Of a stretch of DNA of 64,000 nt, positions 1 through 9,141 are shown piece after piece. The notes beneath the pieces are model-generated. The model was not told where the DNA came from. It did not search any database and saw only the letters and a list, made by a program, of their open reading frames with translations. The translations under genes and the position numbers were made by a program. This DNA comes from Allosphingosinicella sp. (lineage in GTDB: Bacteria > Pseudomonadota > Alphaproteobacteria > Sphingomonadales > Sphingomonadaceae), in NCBI RefSeq assembly GCF_046293155.1, contig NZ_JBKBPQ010000014.1; one strand, written 5' to 3'. Positions within the stretch are counted from its first letter, which is position 1, and every line of letters starts with the position of its first letter.

Positions 1-257
1 AGGATCAGCTCGGTGCCTTCCGGCCGCAGCAGCTTGCGGTAGGCGTCGTCCAGAGCTTCGGTCGGGAGCTTCGGGTTGAGCCGCGCCAAAGCATCTCGTA
101 CGCGGCGTTCCAACATCACTTGTTCATAGGTTGCCCGTTCGGCGTCCGCTTCACCCGGAGCGATCTCTGCGCCATTGACGACTTGCCAGCCGACGCTCTC
201 TAGCCAGGCTAGGGCCGCCTGTTCGACGACCGATTCCGTGACGCCCCGGTCCGTCAT
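1..257 (-). CDS. hsdR: Type I restriction enzyme R subunit, N-terminal fragment (continues beyond window)
   Basis: My own translation from the ATG at 257 (minus) gives MTDRGVTESVVEQAALAWLESVGWQVVNGAEIAPGEADAERATYEQVMLERRVRDALARLNPKLPTEALDDAYRKLLRPEG, the typical HsdR N-terminus. The ATG overlaps the upstream stop (ATGA, 254-257). This gene is not in the ORF track because it runs off the window edge. Confidence 0.7.
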   Translation of the reverse strand, partial: MTDRGVTESVVEQAALAWLESVGWQVVNGAEIAPGEADAERATYEQVMLERRVRDALARLNPKLPTEALDDAYRKLLRPEGTELI

Positions 258-958
258 ACTTGAGCCTCCTCATCGGCTGGCGCCACGGTATCGGCATTGT
301 TGCCGTCGAATTCTGCGAGGTAGATGCGATAGGTCTCGGGCTCCATTCGGAATAGGACCTCACTCGCGCGAAACTCGACTTCAAAGACGCGGACCGGCCC
401 GAAAGTCTCGTCAACATGTTCGTTGAAGGCGCCGTTGTCGTCAAAGCTTGGACCGACGGCCGGCGGTAGCGTCCGATCCTGCCGGTGCACGCGATGAAGA
501 AAGCCTACGATGGCATCGGCGGCCTCGGCAGCGAGCAACGCTTGAACAGCTTCCATCACCGGGCGCGGCTCACCCGATCCGTGAGAGGCGAAGCCACACT
601 GGTTGCGCAGCTCGCATATTCCTTGAACGGCCGTGCTCAGACCGGAAAGCGTCTGGACCAAGCTCTTGCGCACCTCGGCCGCGTCGCTCGCGGTGGCGGG
701 CAGGAAGGGCAGATTCTGCGTGGCGGATTTGAATAGCTTCGGCAAATCGTCGGTCGAATCAAAAGCGACCGCGCGTTCGCCCAATACGGCGCGGCAGGTG
801 CTCTCGACCAGCGTTTTGGCGAGATCGAAGGCGAGGCCGGGGTTCTCGACCACGGCCTGCTCGATGCCCTTGACCTGTTCCTCGATATGCGCGAGGCCCG
901 CAGCCATGGCGTCTCGGGCGCCGTGCATGACGAATGGCTGGGGCGCGGGCGCGGCCAT
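254..958 (-). CDS. Abi_C-like (abortive infection C-terminal domain) protein embedded between hsdS and hsdR
   Basis: Internal ATG at 958 of ORF 254..1270 (MAAPAPQPF...) shares one nt with the hsdS stop (TGATG). The motif ICELRNQCGFASHG resembles the lRN..G.gHG hallmark of Abi_C as I recall it. The stop overlaps the hsdR start. Confidence 0.65.
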   Translation of the reverse strand: MAAPAPQPFVMHGARDAMAAGLAHIEEQVKGIEQAVVENPGLAFDLAKTLVESTCRAVLGERAVAFDSTDDLPKLFKSATQNLPFLPATASDAAEVRKSLVQTLSGLSTAVQGICELRNQCGFASHGSGEPRPVMEAVQALLAAEAADAIVGFLHRVHRQDRTLPPAVGPSFDDNGAFNEHVDETFGPVRVFEVEFRASEVLFRMEPETYRIYLAEFDGNNADTVAPADEEAQV

Positions 959-2286
959 CACAGCACCCGATCGAGGAAGGTCTCGGCGTCCTTTATGCGT
1001 AGTTCGCCGGAGATGAGCTTGGGCAGCAGCGTGTCGCGGAGTGCCGCTAGGGTCCGGGCTTCGCGCACTGCCGCGCTCGAACGCGCGAACCAGGGTTTCA
1101 CAGCGGAACCTAATGCAAGAAGAACTTGGGGCGTCGGTGACACGAATTGGAAGTGATTCAAAGCCGACGCTGGCACTCTTTGCCGTCCGCTCGTACCCGT
1201 CATGCCCTGTATGGCGAAATCGCGGAACCGTTGATCTCGCGCGAGCAGATAGCCTGCCTCTTCCGGCCAAGGTGCTTTTGGTCGCAGTACGATGTATTCA
1301 GTCGAGCCCCAGCCGATCTGACCATCCTGCAGAAAATCTACGAAGGCGGTCTTGCCGTTTTCGAGACAAGGTGTGATCCGCGCAACGAGGGTATCCCCGT
1401 TCGTGAACCTCATCCCTGAGCCGAACGGACGCTGTGCCACCTCATCCGGCGCGTGACCTTTCGTTGGCATATTCGCCATGTCGAGATAGGGCGCGGGCAG
1501 GTCCTTCTTCAGGGCGCGCGTTGGGTTGACTTCGAATACCTCGGGCAATCGAACAGACTGCCACCCCTCCGGAACCTCCCCGTGCTCGGTCTCCACCAAC
1601 CGGTCGGGGAAGAGGGCGGCGAGGTGCGGTGGGAGACCGGTGGCACGATCTTCTGCCTTGGCGCGGACGGGCTCAAAATCGATCAACCACGCCTTGAACA
1701 GCGCGCGCGCCATCGCCTCCAGCGTCGCACTCATCCTCCGGTTCAGTTCGATTTTGTCGTCCAGCGTCCCGAGGATATGCGCGATGGCGCGCTGTTCTGA
1801 GAGAGGGGGCAACGAGAGTTCGATTGTCCGTAGATAGCTTACGGGACGCGCAATGGAGGGGACTCCGACTTGAGACGCGTTCGCGAGTAGTTTGTGACGC
1901 CCTTCAGGTGTCTTAAAAAATGCGACAATGAATTCGGGACACGCCACCTTCTGATTGGGGCGTAGGTAAAATTGACGCTGCGAGATAATGTAACGAACAA
2001 ATTTCGACTCTCGGGGGATATATGCGACTTGGCCAATGTTGCCAGCATGTGTGAAGATCACATCTCCACGCTGAACATTGGCCCTTGCAAGGCGGTTTGC
2101 GTGTTCTTCCGATATAAAATTGTATCCGACTTCGTCGTTGAGCCTCTGCCCCTGCAAGTGCTGACCGCTGATAACAGGAATTCCGTCATCGACAAATGTC
2201 TCTACTTTGATCGAAGAGCCAAATGGGCCCATTGCGACGTACTCCGCGATCTCCTCAATAGTTACCTCTCGCCACTCACTCGCCAT
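958..2286 (-). CDS. hsdS: Type I R-M specificity subunit
   Basis: Two target recognition domains flank the conserved [27 protein letters not shown]... central and C-terminal helices. The likely start [13 protein letters not shown] at 2286 overlaps the hsdM end by 11 nt. Confidence 0.9.
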   Translation of the reverse strand: MASEWREVTIEEIAEYVAMGPFGSSIKVETFVDDGIPVISGQHLQGQRLNDEVGYNFISEEHANRLARANVQRGDVIFTHAGNIGQVAYIPRESKFVRYIISQRQFYLRPNQKVACPEFIVAFFKTPEGRHKLLANASQVGVPSIARPVSYLRTIELSLPPLSEQRAIAHILGTLDDKIELNRRMSATLEAMARALFKAWLIDFEPVRAKAEDRATGLPPHLAALFPDRLVETEHGEVPEGWQSVRLPEVFEVNPTRALKKDLPAPYLDMANMPTKGHAPDEVAQRPFGSGMRFTNGDTLVARITPCLENGKTAFVDFLQDGQIGWGSTEYIVLRPKAPWPEEAGYLLARDQRFRDFAIQGMTGTSGRQRVPASALNHFQFVSPTPQVLLALGSAVKPWFARSSAAVREARTLAALRDTLLPKLISGELRIKDAETFLDRVL

Positions 2287-4111
2287 ACCCAAGCTCCCGC
2301 AGATTGGCGGCGATGGCGGCATCCAGCCTCGCGGCCTCTTCCTGCTGCGCGCGCAAATCGGCGACCAGCCGTGCCATCTTGTCAGCGAATGGCTCGTCGT
2401 CTTGCTCCGCAGCCTCCGCGCCGACATAGCGACCGGGGGTCAGCACATGTCCGTGCTTGCGGATTTCCTCCAGCGAGGCGGCCTTGCAGAAGCCGGGGAT
2501 GTCCTCGTAGGCCGTGAGACCATCGACCGACTCCGGCGGCACGTCCTTCTCGCCGCGCCAGAGATGATACATGCCGGCGATCCTGGCGATGTCCTCGTCC
2601 GACAGGTCGCGATGGGTGCGGTCGACCATGAGGCCCATCTTGCGCGCGTCGATGAACAGCACGTGTCCACGTCGGTCGCGGAACTTGTGGTTCTTGCGGT
2701 CGCGGGCGAGGAACCAGAGACAGGCCGGAATCTGCGTCGAATAGAAGAGCTGCCCCGGCAGCGCGACCATACAGTCGACGACGTCATCTTCGATTAGCTT
2801 CTTCCGTATCTCGCCTTCACCCGACTGGTTTGAAGACATCGAGCCGTTCGACAGGACAAAACCCGCGACGCCCGTCGGCGCGAGGTGATGCACGATGTGC
2901 TGGACCCACGCGAAGTTTGCGTTCCCCGCAGGCGGATCACCGTATTGCCAGCGCTTGTCGCCCCGAAGACGCTCCCCGCCCCAGTCGGAGATGTTGAAGG
3001 GCGGGTTTGCGAGGATGAAATCGGCCTTTAGATCGGGGTGACGGTCGTTGTGGAACGTGTCGCCATGGGCGATCTGCCCGTCGATCCCCCGAATGGCGAG
3101 ATTCATTTTCGCCAGTCGCCAGGTCGTGTAGTTCGACTCCTGGCCGTAAATCGAGATGTCGGCCTTTGCCTTGCCGCCGTTACCATTGCCGTTTGCGTGG
3201 GCACGGATGAACTCCATGGACTGGACGAACATGCCGGACGAGCCGCAACAGGGGTCGTAGACCCGGCCGCGATAGGGCTCCAGCATCTCGACCAGCAACT
3301 TGACCACACAGCGTGGCGTGTAGAACTCGCCGCCTTTCTTGCCTTCGGCGCTGGCAAATTGGGACAGGAAGTACTCGTATATCCGGCCGAGCACATCCTT
3401 CGCCCTGGCTTCGGCATCGCCGACCTTGATGTTCGAGATCAGGTCAATCAGCTGGCCGAGCCGAGTTTTGTCTAGCGCCGGGCGCGCGTAGTCCTTGGGC
3501 AGCACACCTTTCAGAGCGGAGTTATCACGCTCGATGCCCGTCATTGCGTCGTCAACCAGCTGCCCAATGGTGCTCTGCCGGGCTTGCGCCTTGAGATGTG
3601 CCCAGCGGGCCTCAGGCGGCACCCAGAAAATATTCGCGGCCCGGTACTCGTCCGGGTCCTCCGGATCGGCTCCCTGATCCTGTTCCGCTTCGAGCTTGGC
3701 GTGCATCTCCTCGAAGGCGTCGGAAATGTACTTGAGGAAGATGAGTCCGAGGACGACGTGCTTATATTCCGCCGCGTCCATGCTGCCGCGCAGGGCATCC
3801 GCCATCCGCCAGAGCTCGGCCTCGTAGCCGACGTTGGCCGCCGAAGTGTTGGGGCGGGCAGCACGTACTTTTCGGTCAACCTCGGCGGCCTTCGCGGCAG
3901 CCGGGAAGCCCTCACCCTCCGCAACAATGGCGACAGAGCCGCCACGCCCACGGCCAGGCACGATTGCGCCATCGTCAATCAGCGCCTGCCTGACCTCTTC
4001 ATATAGGGCTTCATCCCAGCCGAGGGTCTCGCGCAGCTTTCCATTTCCGGCCGAGCCGCCGAGCTCAGCCAATACCTCGACAAACCTGTCTCTCTGCGCC
4101 TGCTCAGCCAT
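2276..4111 (-). CDS. hsdM: Type I R-M N6-adenine DNA methyltransferase subunit
   Basis: 611 aa with the NPPF catalytic motif ([12 protein letters not shown]) and an AdoMet-binding region ([12 protein letters not shown]). AAGGGGG RBS upstream of the ATG at 4111. Confidence 0.95.
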   Translation of the reverse strand: MAEQAQRDRFVEVLAELGGSAGNGKLRETLGWDEALYEEVRQALIDDGAIVPGRGRGGSVAIVAEGEGFPAAAKAAEVDRKVRAARPNTSAANVGYEAELWRMADALRGSMDAAEYKHVVLGLIFLKYISDAFEEMHAKLEAEQDQGADPEDPDEYRAANIFWVPPEARWAHLKAQARQSTIGQLVDDAMTGIERDNSALKGVLPKDYARPALDKTRLGQLIDLISNIKVGDAEARAKDVLGRIYEYFLSQFASAEGKKGGEFYTPRCVVKLLVEMLEPYRGRVYDPCCGSSGMFVQSMEFIRAHANGNGNGGKAKADISIYGQESNYTTWRLAKMNLAIRGIDGQIAHGDTFHNDRHPDLKADFILANPPFNISDWGGERLRGDKRWQYGDPPAGNANFAWVQHIVHHLAPTGVAGFVLSNGSMSSNQSGEGEIRKKLIEDDVVDCMVALPGQLFYSTQIPACLWFLARDRKNHKFRDRRGHVLFIDARKMGLMVDRTHRDLSDEDIARIAGMYHLWRGEKDVPPESVDGLTAYEDIPGFCKAASLEEIRKHGHVLTPGRYVGAEAAEQDDEPFADKMARLVADLRAQQEEAARLDAAIAANLRELGYGE

Positions 4112-4121
4112 GCTGCCCCCT

Positions 4122-4304
4122 TCAATCCTGCTTCAGCTTCATGGCCGCCGCTGCTTCCAGCGCCTTCAGCCGTTCGTATTCCTCGACCGACAGTACGACC
4201 ACGACCGGCCGCCCGTGCTTGGCCACCGCCACCGGCTCGGCGCGGGCGAGGTCGATCAGTCGACCGAAGCCATACTTCGCGTCTTTTGCGCTCAGGGTCT
4301 GCAT
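4122..4304 (-). CDS. Phd/YefM-family antitoxin-like protein with no cognate toxin gene
   Basis: [50 protein letters not shown] is a typical Phd/YefM fold sequence. An alternative upstream start lies at 4340. The stop is 10 nt before the hsdM start. Confidence 0.7.
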   Translation of the reverse strand: MQTLSAKDAKYGFGRLIDLARAEPVAVAKHGRPVVVVLSVEEYERLKALEAAAAMKLKQD

Positions 4305-4389
4305 GCGACTCCCCGCCTTGCGCCGAGCAGTTTTGGCCAATTTGGCCCAATTAGCAATGCCTAAGCGCAGATTGGCCGGGATGACGGCG

Positions 4390-4797
4390 CTAGCTGGGCA
4401 GGAAAGCTTGGTACTGCTCGGTCCAACTCAGTGGAAACGGCCCCATCAACGCCGCAAGCGAGAGTCGAGGTGGCTGCCTTCCGTCGAGAATCGCCTCGAC
4501 GATGTCCGGGGCCAGCAGGGTCAGGCGCAGGACCCGGCACAGATAGGACTGGTTGATCTTCTCCGCTTCGGCCAGTTCGGTCACCGAGGCGAATCGGCCG
4601 CTCTCCATGAGGCGCTTCCAGCGGTGGGCCCGGGCGATTGCCTTGACCATGGTGTTGTCGACGCGCGGGCGGGGCTGGCCCCAACCCGCCCCGTCGGGCG
4701 TGACCACCTGCTTGCGCCCGCCGCGCTTCCTGACGGTCAGAGGCACACGGACCGTTAGCGTCCGCCCGTCATCGGTGGTGGCGTCACCGGCTCTCAT
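4390..4797 (-). CDS. Small HTH-like protein co-transcribed with the serine recombinase (function unknown)
   Basis: The ATG at 4797 forms an ATGA overlap with the recombinase stop. Contains TELAEAEKINQSYLCRVLRLTLLAPDIVEAILDGRQP, an HTH-like segment seen next to recombinases. Confidence 0.55.
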   Translation of the reverse strand: MRAGDATTDDGRTLTVRVPLTVRKRGGRKQVVTPDGAGWGQPRPRVDNTMVKAIARAHRWKRLMESGRFASVTELAEAEKINQSYLCRVLRLTLLAPDIVEAILDGRQPPRLSLAALMGPFPLSWTEQYQAFLPS

Positions 4798-6125
4798 GCT
4801 GCCCTCCACGGATTGTCGGCCATGCCGCCAAGCTCATGGACCAGACGAGCCAGCCCATCGACTCGGAGGCGGATATCGACGCCTCCCTCTCCGACGTCGA
4901 CGCGCTCGACAAGGAGCTGGACGACGCGCGCCTGCTCGGCCGGGAACAGCTCGTCCCACAGCGGGTCCAGCCCTTCCAAGGCTTCCCTGACCTCAGCCTC
5001 GGACAGACCATCGATCTCGGGTCGTGCCGATCGCCATGTGCCGACGATCACCTCCGGGGCCCGGAGGAGGCCGCGCAGCTGGTCGACAACCGCGCCCTCG
5101 ATCTCAGCGGCGGGCACGCGCCCGACCGGGCAGGCATCGGCGCCGCGCTTCAGGACCGACTGGCTGACATAGTAGCGGTAGAGCTTGTCGCCGCGTCGCG
5201 TGTGCGTCGGCGTCATGGCGCAGCCGGTCGGCCCGAAGATGAGGCCCTTGAGCAATGCGGGTGTCGCGGCCCGTGTCCGGCCCGCGCGCACCCTCGGGCT
5301 CTCGCGCAGGATTCCGTGCACCTTGTCCCACAAGGCGCGCGTGATGATGGCATCGTGCTCGCCGGGATAGGCCGTCCCCTTGTGCACGGCGTCACCGATA
5401 TAGACCCGGTTGTTGAGCAGCTTGTAGAGGAAGCCCTTGTCGACGAGTCGTCCGCGCCGCGTCCGCACGCCCTCGGCCGCGAGCGCCCGGGCCAACGCGG
5501 TCGCCGAACCCACCTCGACGAAGCGCTCGAAGATCATCCGGACCGTCGCGGCCTCGGCATCATTGATCACCAGCTTGCGGTCCCTGACCTCGTAGCCGAG
5601 CGGCACGAAGCCGCCCATCCACATGCCGCGTTTGCGCGAGGCGGCGATCTTGTCGCGGATGCGCTCGCCGATCACCTCGCGCTCGAACTGGGCGAAGCTG
5701 AGCAGGATGTTGAGCGTAAGCCGCCCCATGGACGTCGTGGTGTTGAACGACTGGGTCACGCTGACGAAGGTGACCCCGCCGCGATCGAACACCTCGACCA
5801 GCTTGGCGAAATCCATCAGCGAGCGGCTGAGCCGGTCGATCTTGTAGACGACGACCACGTCGATCCGACCGTCCTCAATGTCGGCGAGCAGGCGCTTCAG
5901 CGCAGGCCGGTCCAGCGTCCCGCCCGAGAAGCCGCCGTCATCATAGGGCTCGGGATAGAGGACCCAGCCTTCGGGCTTCTGGCTGGCGATATACGCTTCG
6001 CAGGCCTCGCGCTGGGCATCGAGGCTGTTGAACTCCATCTCCAGCCCTTCTTCCGTCGACTTGCGCGTATAGACCGCGCAGCGCAGCTTTCGGATGGATT
6101 TGGCGGATGCGGGTGATTTCGTCAT
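4794..6125 (-). CDS. Large serine recombinase (prophage integrase)
   Basis: N-terminal resolvase catalytic domain (RCAVYTRKSTEEG..., VVVYKIDRLSRSL) plus recombinase and zinc-ribbon-like C-terminal domains. The start MTKSPAS at 6125 overlaps the DUF2924 stop (ATGA). Confidence 0.95.
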   Translation of the reverse strand: MTKSPASAKSIRKLRCAVYTRKSTEEGLEMEFNSLDAQREACEAYIASQKPEGWVLYPEPYDDGGFSGGTLDRPALKRLLADIEDGRIDVVVVYKIDRLSRSLMDFAKLVEVFDRGGVTFVSVTQSFNTTTSMGRLTLNILLSFAQFEREVIGERIRDKIAASRKRGMWMGGFVPLGYEVRDRKLVINDAEAATVRMIFERFVEVGSATALARALAAEGVRTRRGRLVDKGFLYKLLNNRVYIGDAVHKGTAYPGEHDAIITRALWDKVHGILRESPRVRAGRTRAATPALLKGLIFGPTGCAMTPTHTRRGDKLYRYYVSQSVLKRGADACPVGRVPAAEIEGAVVDQLRGLLRAPEVIVGTWRSARPEIDGLSEAEVREALEGLDPLWDELFPAEQARVVQLLVERVDVGEGGVDIRLRVDGLARLVHELGGMADNPWRAA

Positions 6126-6574
6126 GCTTGGCCTCGCCGGTTCTTGAGGCCGAAAAAGACCCAGCCGTTCCAGCGCGTCCCGGTGATGGCGCGCGCGATG
6201 GCGGAGAGCGAGCGGTAGGGACGCCCCTGCCATTCATAACCGTCGTTCAGCACCGTGACCGTGTGCTCGACGCCCTGCCATTCGCGGATCAGCCGCGTGC
6301 CGGCGATCGGCTTGTCGTCGGCGCGGATCCGGCGCAGCACGATGTTGCCGCCGTCGAGCTGCTCGCCCAGAGCTTCGAGGCGCTCGATCGTTGCGGGTTT
6401 CAAACCGCCATAAGCCAATTCCTGGATCCGATAAGCGAGCCGGCTTTCCAGGAAGCGCCGATTGTAAGGCGGCGCCTCCGTGTCGAAGAGTTCGCGCCAC
6501 TGCTTCTTGAGGTCAGGCGTCGGCGTCGTCTTCAATGCGGCCAGCCGAGCCAGGACGGTGTCTGTCATGGTCAT
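6122..6574 (-). CDS. DUF2924 protein (serine-recombinase accessory protein)
   Basis: LKKQWRELFDTEAPPYNRRFLESRLAYRIQELAYGGL ... WQGRPYRSLSAIARAITGTRWNGWVFFGL matches DUF2924 as I recall it. The start at 6574 overlaps the upstream small-ORF stop. Confidence 0.8.
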   Translation of the reverse strand: MTMTDTVLARLAALKTTPTPDLKKQWRELFDTEAPPYNRRFLESRLAYRIQELAYGGLKPATIERLEALGEQLDGGNIVLRRIRADDKPIAGTRLIREWQGVEHTVTVLNDGYEWQGRPYRSLSAIARAITGTRWNGWVFFGLKNRRGQA

Positions 6575-6786
6575 GCGTCTCCTTTGCAAATTGGAGTTCC
6601 ATGACCGCTCCGGTCGGGCGAGAAGTGAAGGCAACTTTCTCCGCGGTCGCCAGATACTTGCCTTGACTGGCGTGCCTTAAGCCGAACCAGCCCGCGCGCA
6701 AGAATCCTGCAGACCTCCCCGATTCGCTCGTCCGGCGTCATATGCCCGGGGTGGATCGGGTTCGGCATGTCCATCGCAGAGATCAC
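6571..6786 (-). CDS. Small ORF (71 aa) heading the recombinase operon
   Basis: Its stop overlaps the DUF2924 start (ATGA at 6571-6574), which supports translation. No family recognised. Confidence 0.4.
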   Translation of the reverse strand: MISAMDMPNPIHPGHMTPDERIGEVCRILARGLVRLKARQSRQVSGDRGESCLHFSPDRSGHGTPICKGDA

Positions 6787-6925
6787 CTAAGGGATTGGAT
6801 TCCCTTGGCCTCTACTCACGGTGCGGACGGTCCGTCCCAAGGCGATGGCTTTTGAATCGACTCCACCAAGCATTTGCGATAAGAACGTAAGATGAACAAA
6901 TGCGAGGCAATTATGGGCGGCTGAG

Positions 6926-8173
6926 ATGGCTAAGAACCTGAAGAAATTCGTCAATCCCAAGTTTACCCGAACCGTCGATCTCGGCCTGCTGGGCCGCCTG
7001 TTCGAGCGCCACGGCGATGCCCTGAACGGGCTGGACCTTGGGGTCTTCAGGGGCGAGGCCGCGCAGGACGAGGCACGCAGCGCCGTTCAGGATTTCTTCG
7101 CGGGGCCGGAAGAGAACTATCCGGAAGGGCTCGTCGCCGACCTGCACCGGATCGCCGAGATCGGCAACGCGGCAGGCCTCGACATTATTCTTCAGCAGGC
7201 CGCGCGGCTCGGGATCCGCGTGACACCCGAAGCGAAGGATGACGAGCCGGAGGTTCACCAGGATCCCAAGCACGTCGCCCTGCGCGTCTTCCTCGATCAT
7301 CCCGACGTCTTTGACGCCGCGTCGGACATGATGGCGCTCATGGCGCGCACGTCGCTCGCCGAGTTCGTGGGCCGCGACGAAGGCGTCGAGGCGATCATGG
7401 ATGATCGCGCAAAGGCCGAATTCGAAACCGCCGCCGCCGCGATGTTCGAACAGGATCTCCGCAGCAATTATTGCCGCGCCGGCTGGTATGACGATGCCGA
7501 CGAACTCGTCCTGGTGATCGAGCATGGCTCGCCGATCACCACGACCGACGTCCTGCAAAAGGACCAGAAGCGCGTGATCAGCTTCCGCGCCGCCGAACAC
7601 GCGGTGCTGTCCTACAACTCCACGTCGGGCCTGTTGAAGATCGGCGGCGTGGCGAAGGCGCGCCGCGCCGATCTCGCGGAACTGTTCGCCGACAAGATCC
7701 TGGGCAAGCCCGAATTCTTCGCCGGCGATGACGCCCAGAACCTCTACACGCTCGACCCGGTGCAGCGCGCGGGCTTCGGCTTCGCGTTCAACCATGATTT
7801 CGATCCGGGCATCCAGCGGGTCCAGATCACCGAGGTCCAGGTCGACCGCGTCGGCGCCGATCCGAAGACCGGCGAGACACGAACCTTCTACTCCTATGTT
7901 GCGCGCGACGGACGCGACAATGCCCTGGCCAGGTTGGGCGAGATGATGCGGGGCGCTCGTCTCGGGTCGGATTGGCGCCTCAACCACATCGTCATCCGCG
8001 TCCATTTCGCGACCGGCGGCAAGTCGGCGAAGAAGGTGACCATCAAGCTGAAGCCGCCGGCCCACGCCATGTTCAAGCGTCAGCAGTTCGAAGGCCGGAT
8101 CATGACGCTCCTTCGCCGCAACGGACTGCTCAATGACCGAGACGCTGCCCAGGCTGCTGTTGCGGCTGAGTGA
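6926..8173 (+). CDS. Unknown 415-aa protein (cassette gene A)
   Basis: Protein-like composition and G/C-rich third positions on the plus strand. No motif I can assign. Confidence 0.7.
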   Translation: MAKNLKKFVNPKFTRTVDLGLLGRLFERHGDALNGLDLGVFRGEAAQDEARSAVQDFFAGPEENYPEGLVADLHRIAEIGNAAGLDIILQQAARLGIRVTPEAKDDEPEVHQDPKHVALRVFLDHPDVFDAASDMMALMARTSLAEFVGRDEGVEAIMDDRAKAEFETAAAAMFEQDLRSNYCRAGWYDDADELVLVIEHGSPITTTDVLQKDQKRVISFRAAEHAVLSYNSTSGLLKIGGVAKARRADLAELFADKILGKPEFFAGDDAQNLYTLDPVQRAGFGFAFNHDFDPGIQRVQITEVQVDRVGADPKTGETRTFYSYVARDGRDNALARLGEMMRGARLGSDWRLNHIVIRVHFATGGKSAKKVTIKLKPPAHAMFKRQQFEGRIMTLLRRNGLLNDRDAAQAAVAAE

Positions 8174-9113
8174 GGCGGGCGATCCCGCAATTCTATGGGG
8201 CCGACAGGCGGCGCCTCATGCCGGGCGCGATTTCGAGCGGCTGCTCGATCATGGCGTCCTGGTCGAGCAGGCGCCGGCAACGGAATGGGATGTGTGCCCC
8301 GCGTGCGATTGCGGTCTCGACGCGCGGCCCATCCATCAGGTCAACGGGCGACACATCGCGGTTTGTCCGACGGACCGGCGCAACGACGTCGTTCTCGGCG
8401 CTGACGATCTGCGGAGCTTTCGGATTCATCCCTCCGCGCTGGTCCGCGAAATCGCCATGGCGTCCGGGTTCGGAGGCAAGCCGACGCCGGTCGCGGCGGG
8501 TGTCTGGCATCTGGGGGAAACATCGAATCAGCGGGCGCTGTTCCTCGCACTGTCGCAGGATGCAGTGCTTCAACCGGGATTGATCGGCCTGATGCGTTCG
8601 GTCGCCCGGTCATCACCCATCACGGTGATCGCGCCGGCGATGGCTACAGATGACTGGGCGCGCTTGGTCGACGGAGGGCTTCATGTTGTCGCTGGATCGC
8701 ACTGCATTGCTTGCGATGGGACTGCACCTGGATTGTCGATCGATCAGTCCAAACTGGAATCGCAACCGAGCTTGGCGCCCCGATTGGTGATTCAACGCGC
8801 CGCCAAGACGGTATCGCTCGACGGAATGCCCAAAACCCTTTCCGATCAGGAATTCCAGCTGCTGGTCCTTCTGGCGGAACATGCGTTGAAGTCGCCCGCC
8901 ATCGTCGAGAATCGTGCGATCGAGGCGCATATCTGGGGAGCGAGCATCCATAGGATTTCGTCGCAGGTGCGCGAGCCCGTGCGCGCGCTTCGGGATGCGC
9001 TGGCTCGCGGCAGCGCGGATGCTACGTCCGTACGCGCATTGATCGAGAATCGGCGAAATCCGAACGGCTACCGGCTGGCTCTGCCTCCGGAGGAAATCGA
9101 ATTGATCAAGTAG
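8133..9113 (+). CDS. Cys-cluster plus OmpR/PhoB-type winged-helix DNA-binding protein (cassette gene B)
   Basis: CPACDC-x17-C cluster near the N-terminus. The C-terminus (LSDQEFQLLVLLAEH..IVENRAIEAHIWG..VRALRDAL..NPNGYRL) resembles a trans_reg_C domain. No receiver domain. The start overlaps gene A by 41 nt, so the start is uncertain. Confidence 0.65.
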   Translation: MTETLPRLLLRLSEAGDPAILWGRQAAPHAGRDFERLLDHGVLVEQAPATEWDVCPACDCGLDARPIHQVNGRHIAVCPTDRRNDVVLGADDLRSFRIHPSALVREIAMASGFGGKPTPVAAGVWHLGETSNQRALFLALSQDAVLQPGLIGLMRSVARSSPITVIAPAMATDDWARLVDGGLHVVAGSHCIACDGTAPGLSIDQSKLESQPSLAPRLVIQRAAKTVSLDGMPKTLSDQEFQLLVLLAEHALKSPAIVENRAIEAHIWGASIHRISSQVREPVRALRDALARGSADATSVRALIENRRNPNGYRLALPPEEIELIK

Positions 9114-9141
9114 CCGCTGGTGAACGCAGCAGGAGGGAAGC

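Noticed and set aside
4341-4389. Search for a shared att core or direct repeat between the left (4341-4389) and right (46380-46400) prophage junctions
   Set aside because: Only trivial short matches were seen by eye (such as GCTAAG and AATGC fragments). Serine integrases need only a 2-bp core, so the absence of a repeat is uninformative and no att call is made.
6911-8065. 384-aa minus-strand ORF antisense to cassette gene A
   Set aside because: Gly/Arg/Ala/Asp-rich and featureless. It mirrors a plus-strand ORF that has better protein-like composition and strong third-position G/C bias. This is a typical shadow ORF of high-GC DNA.
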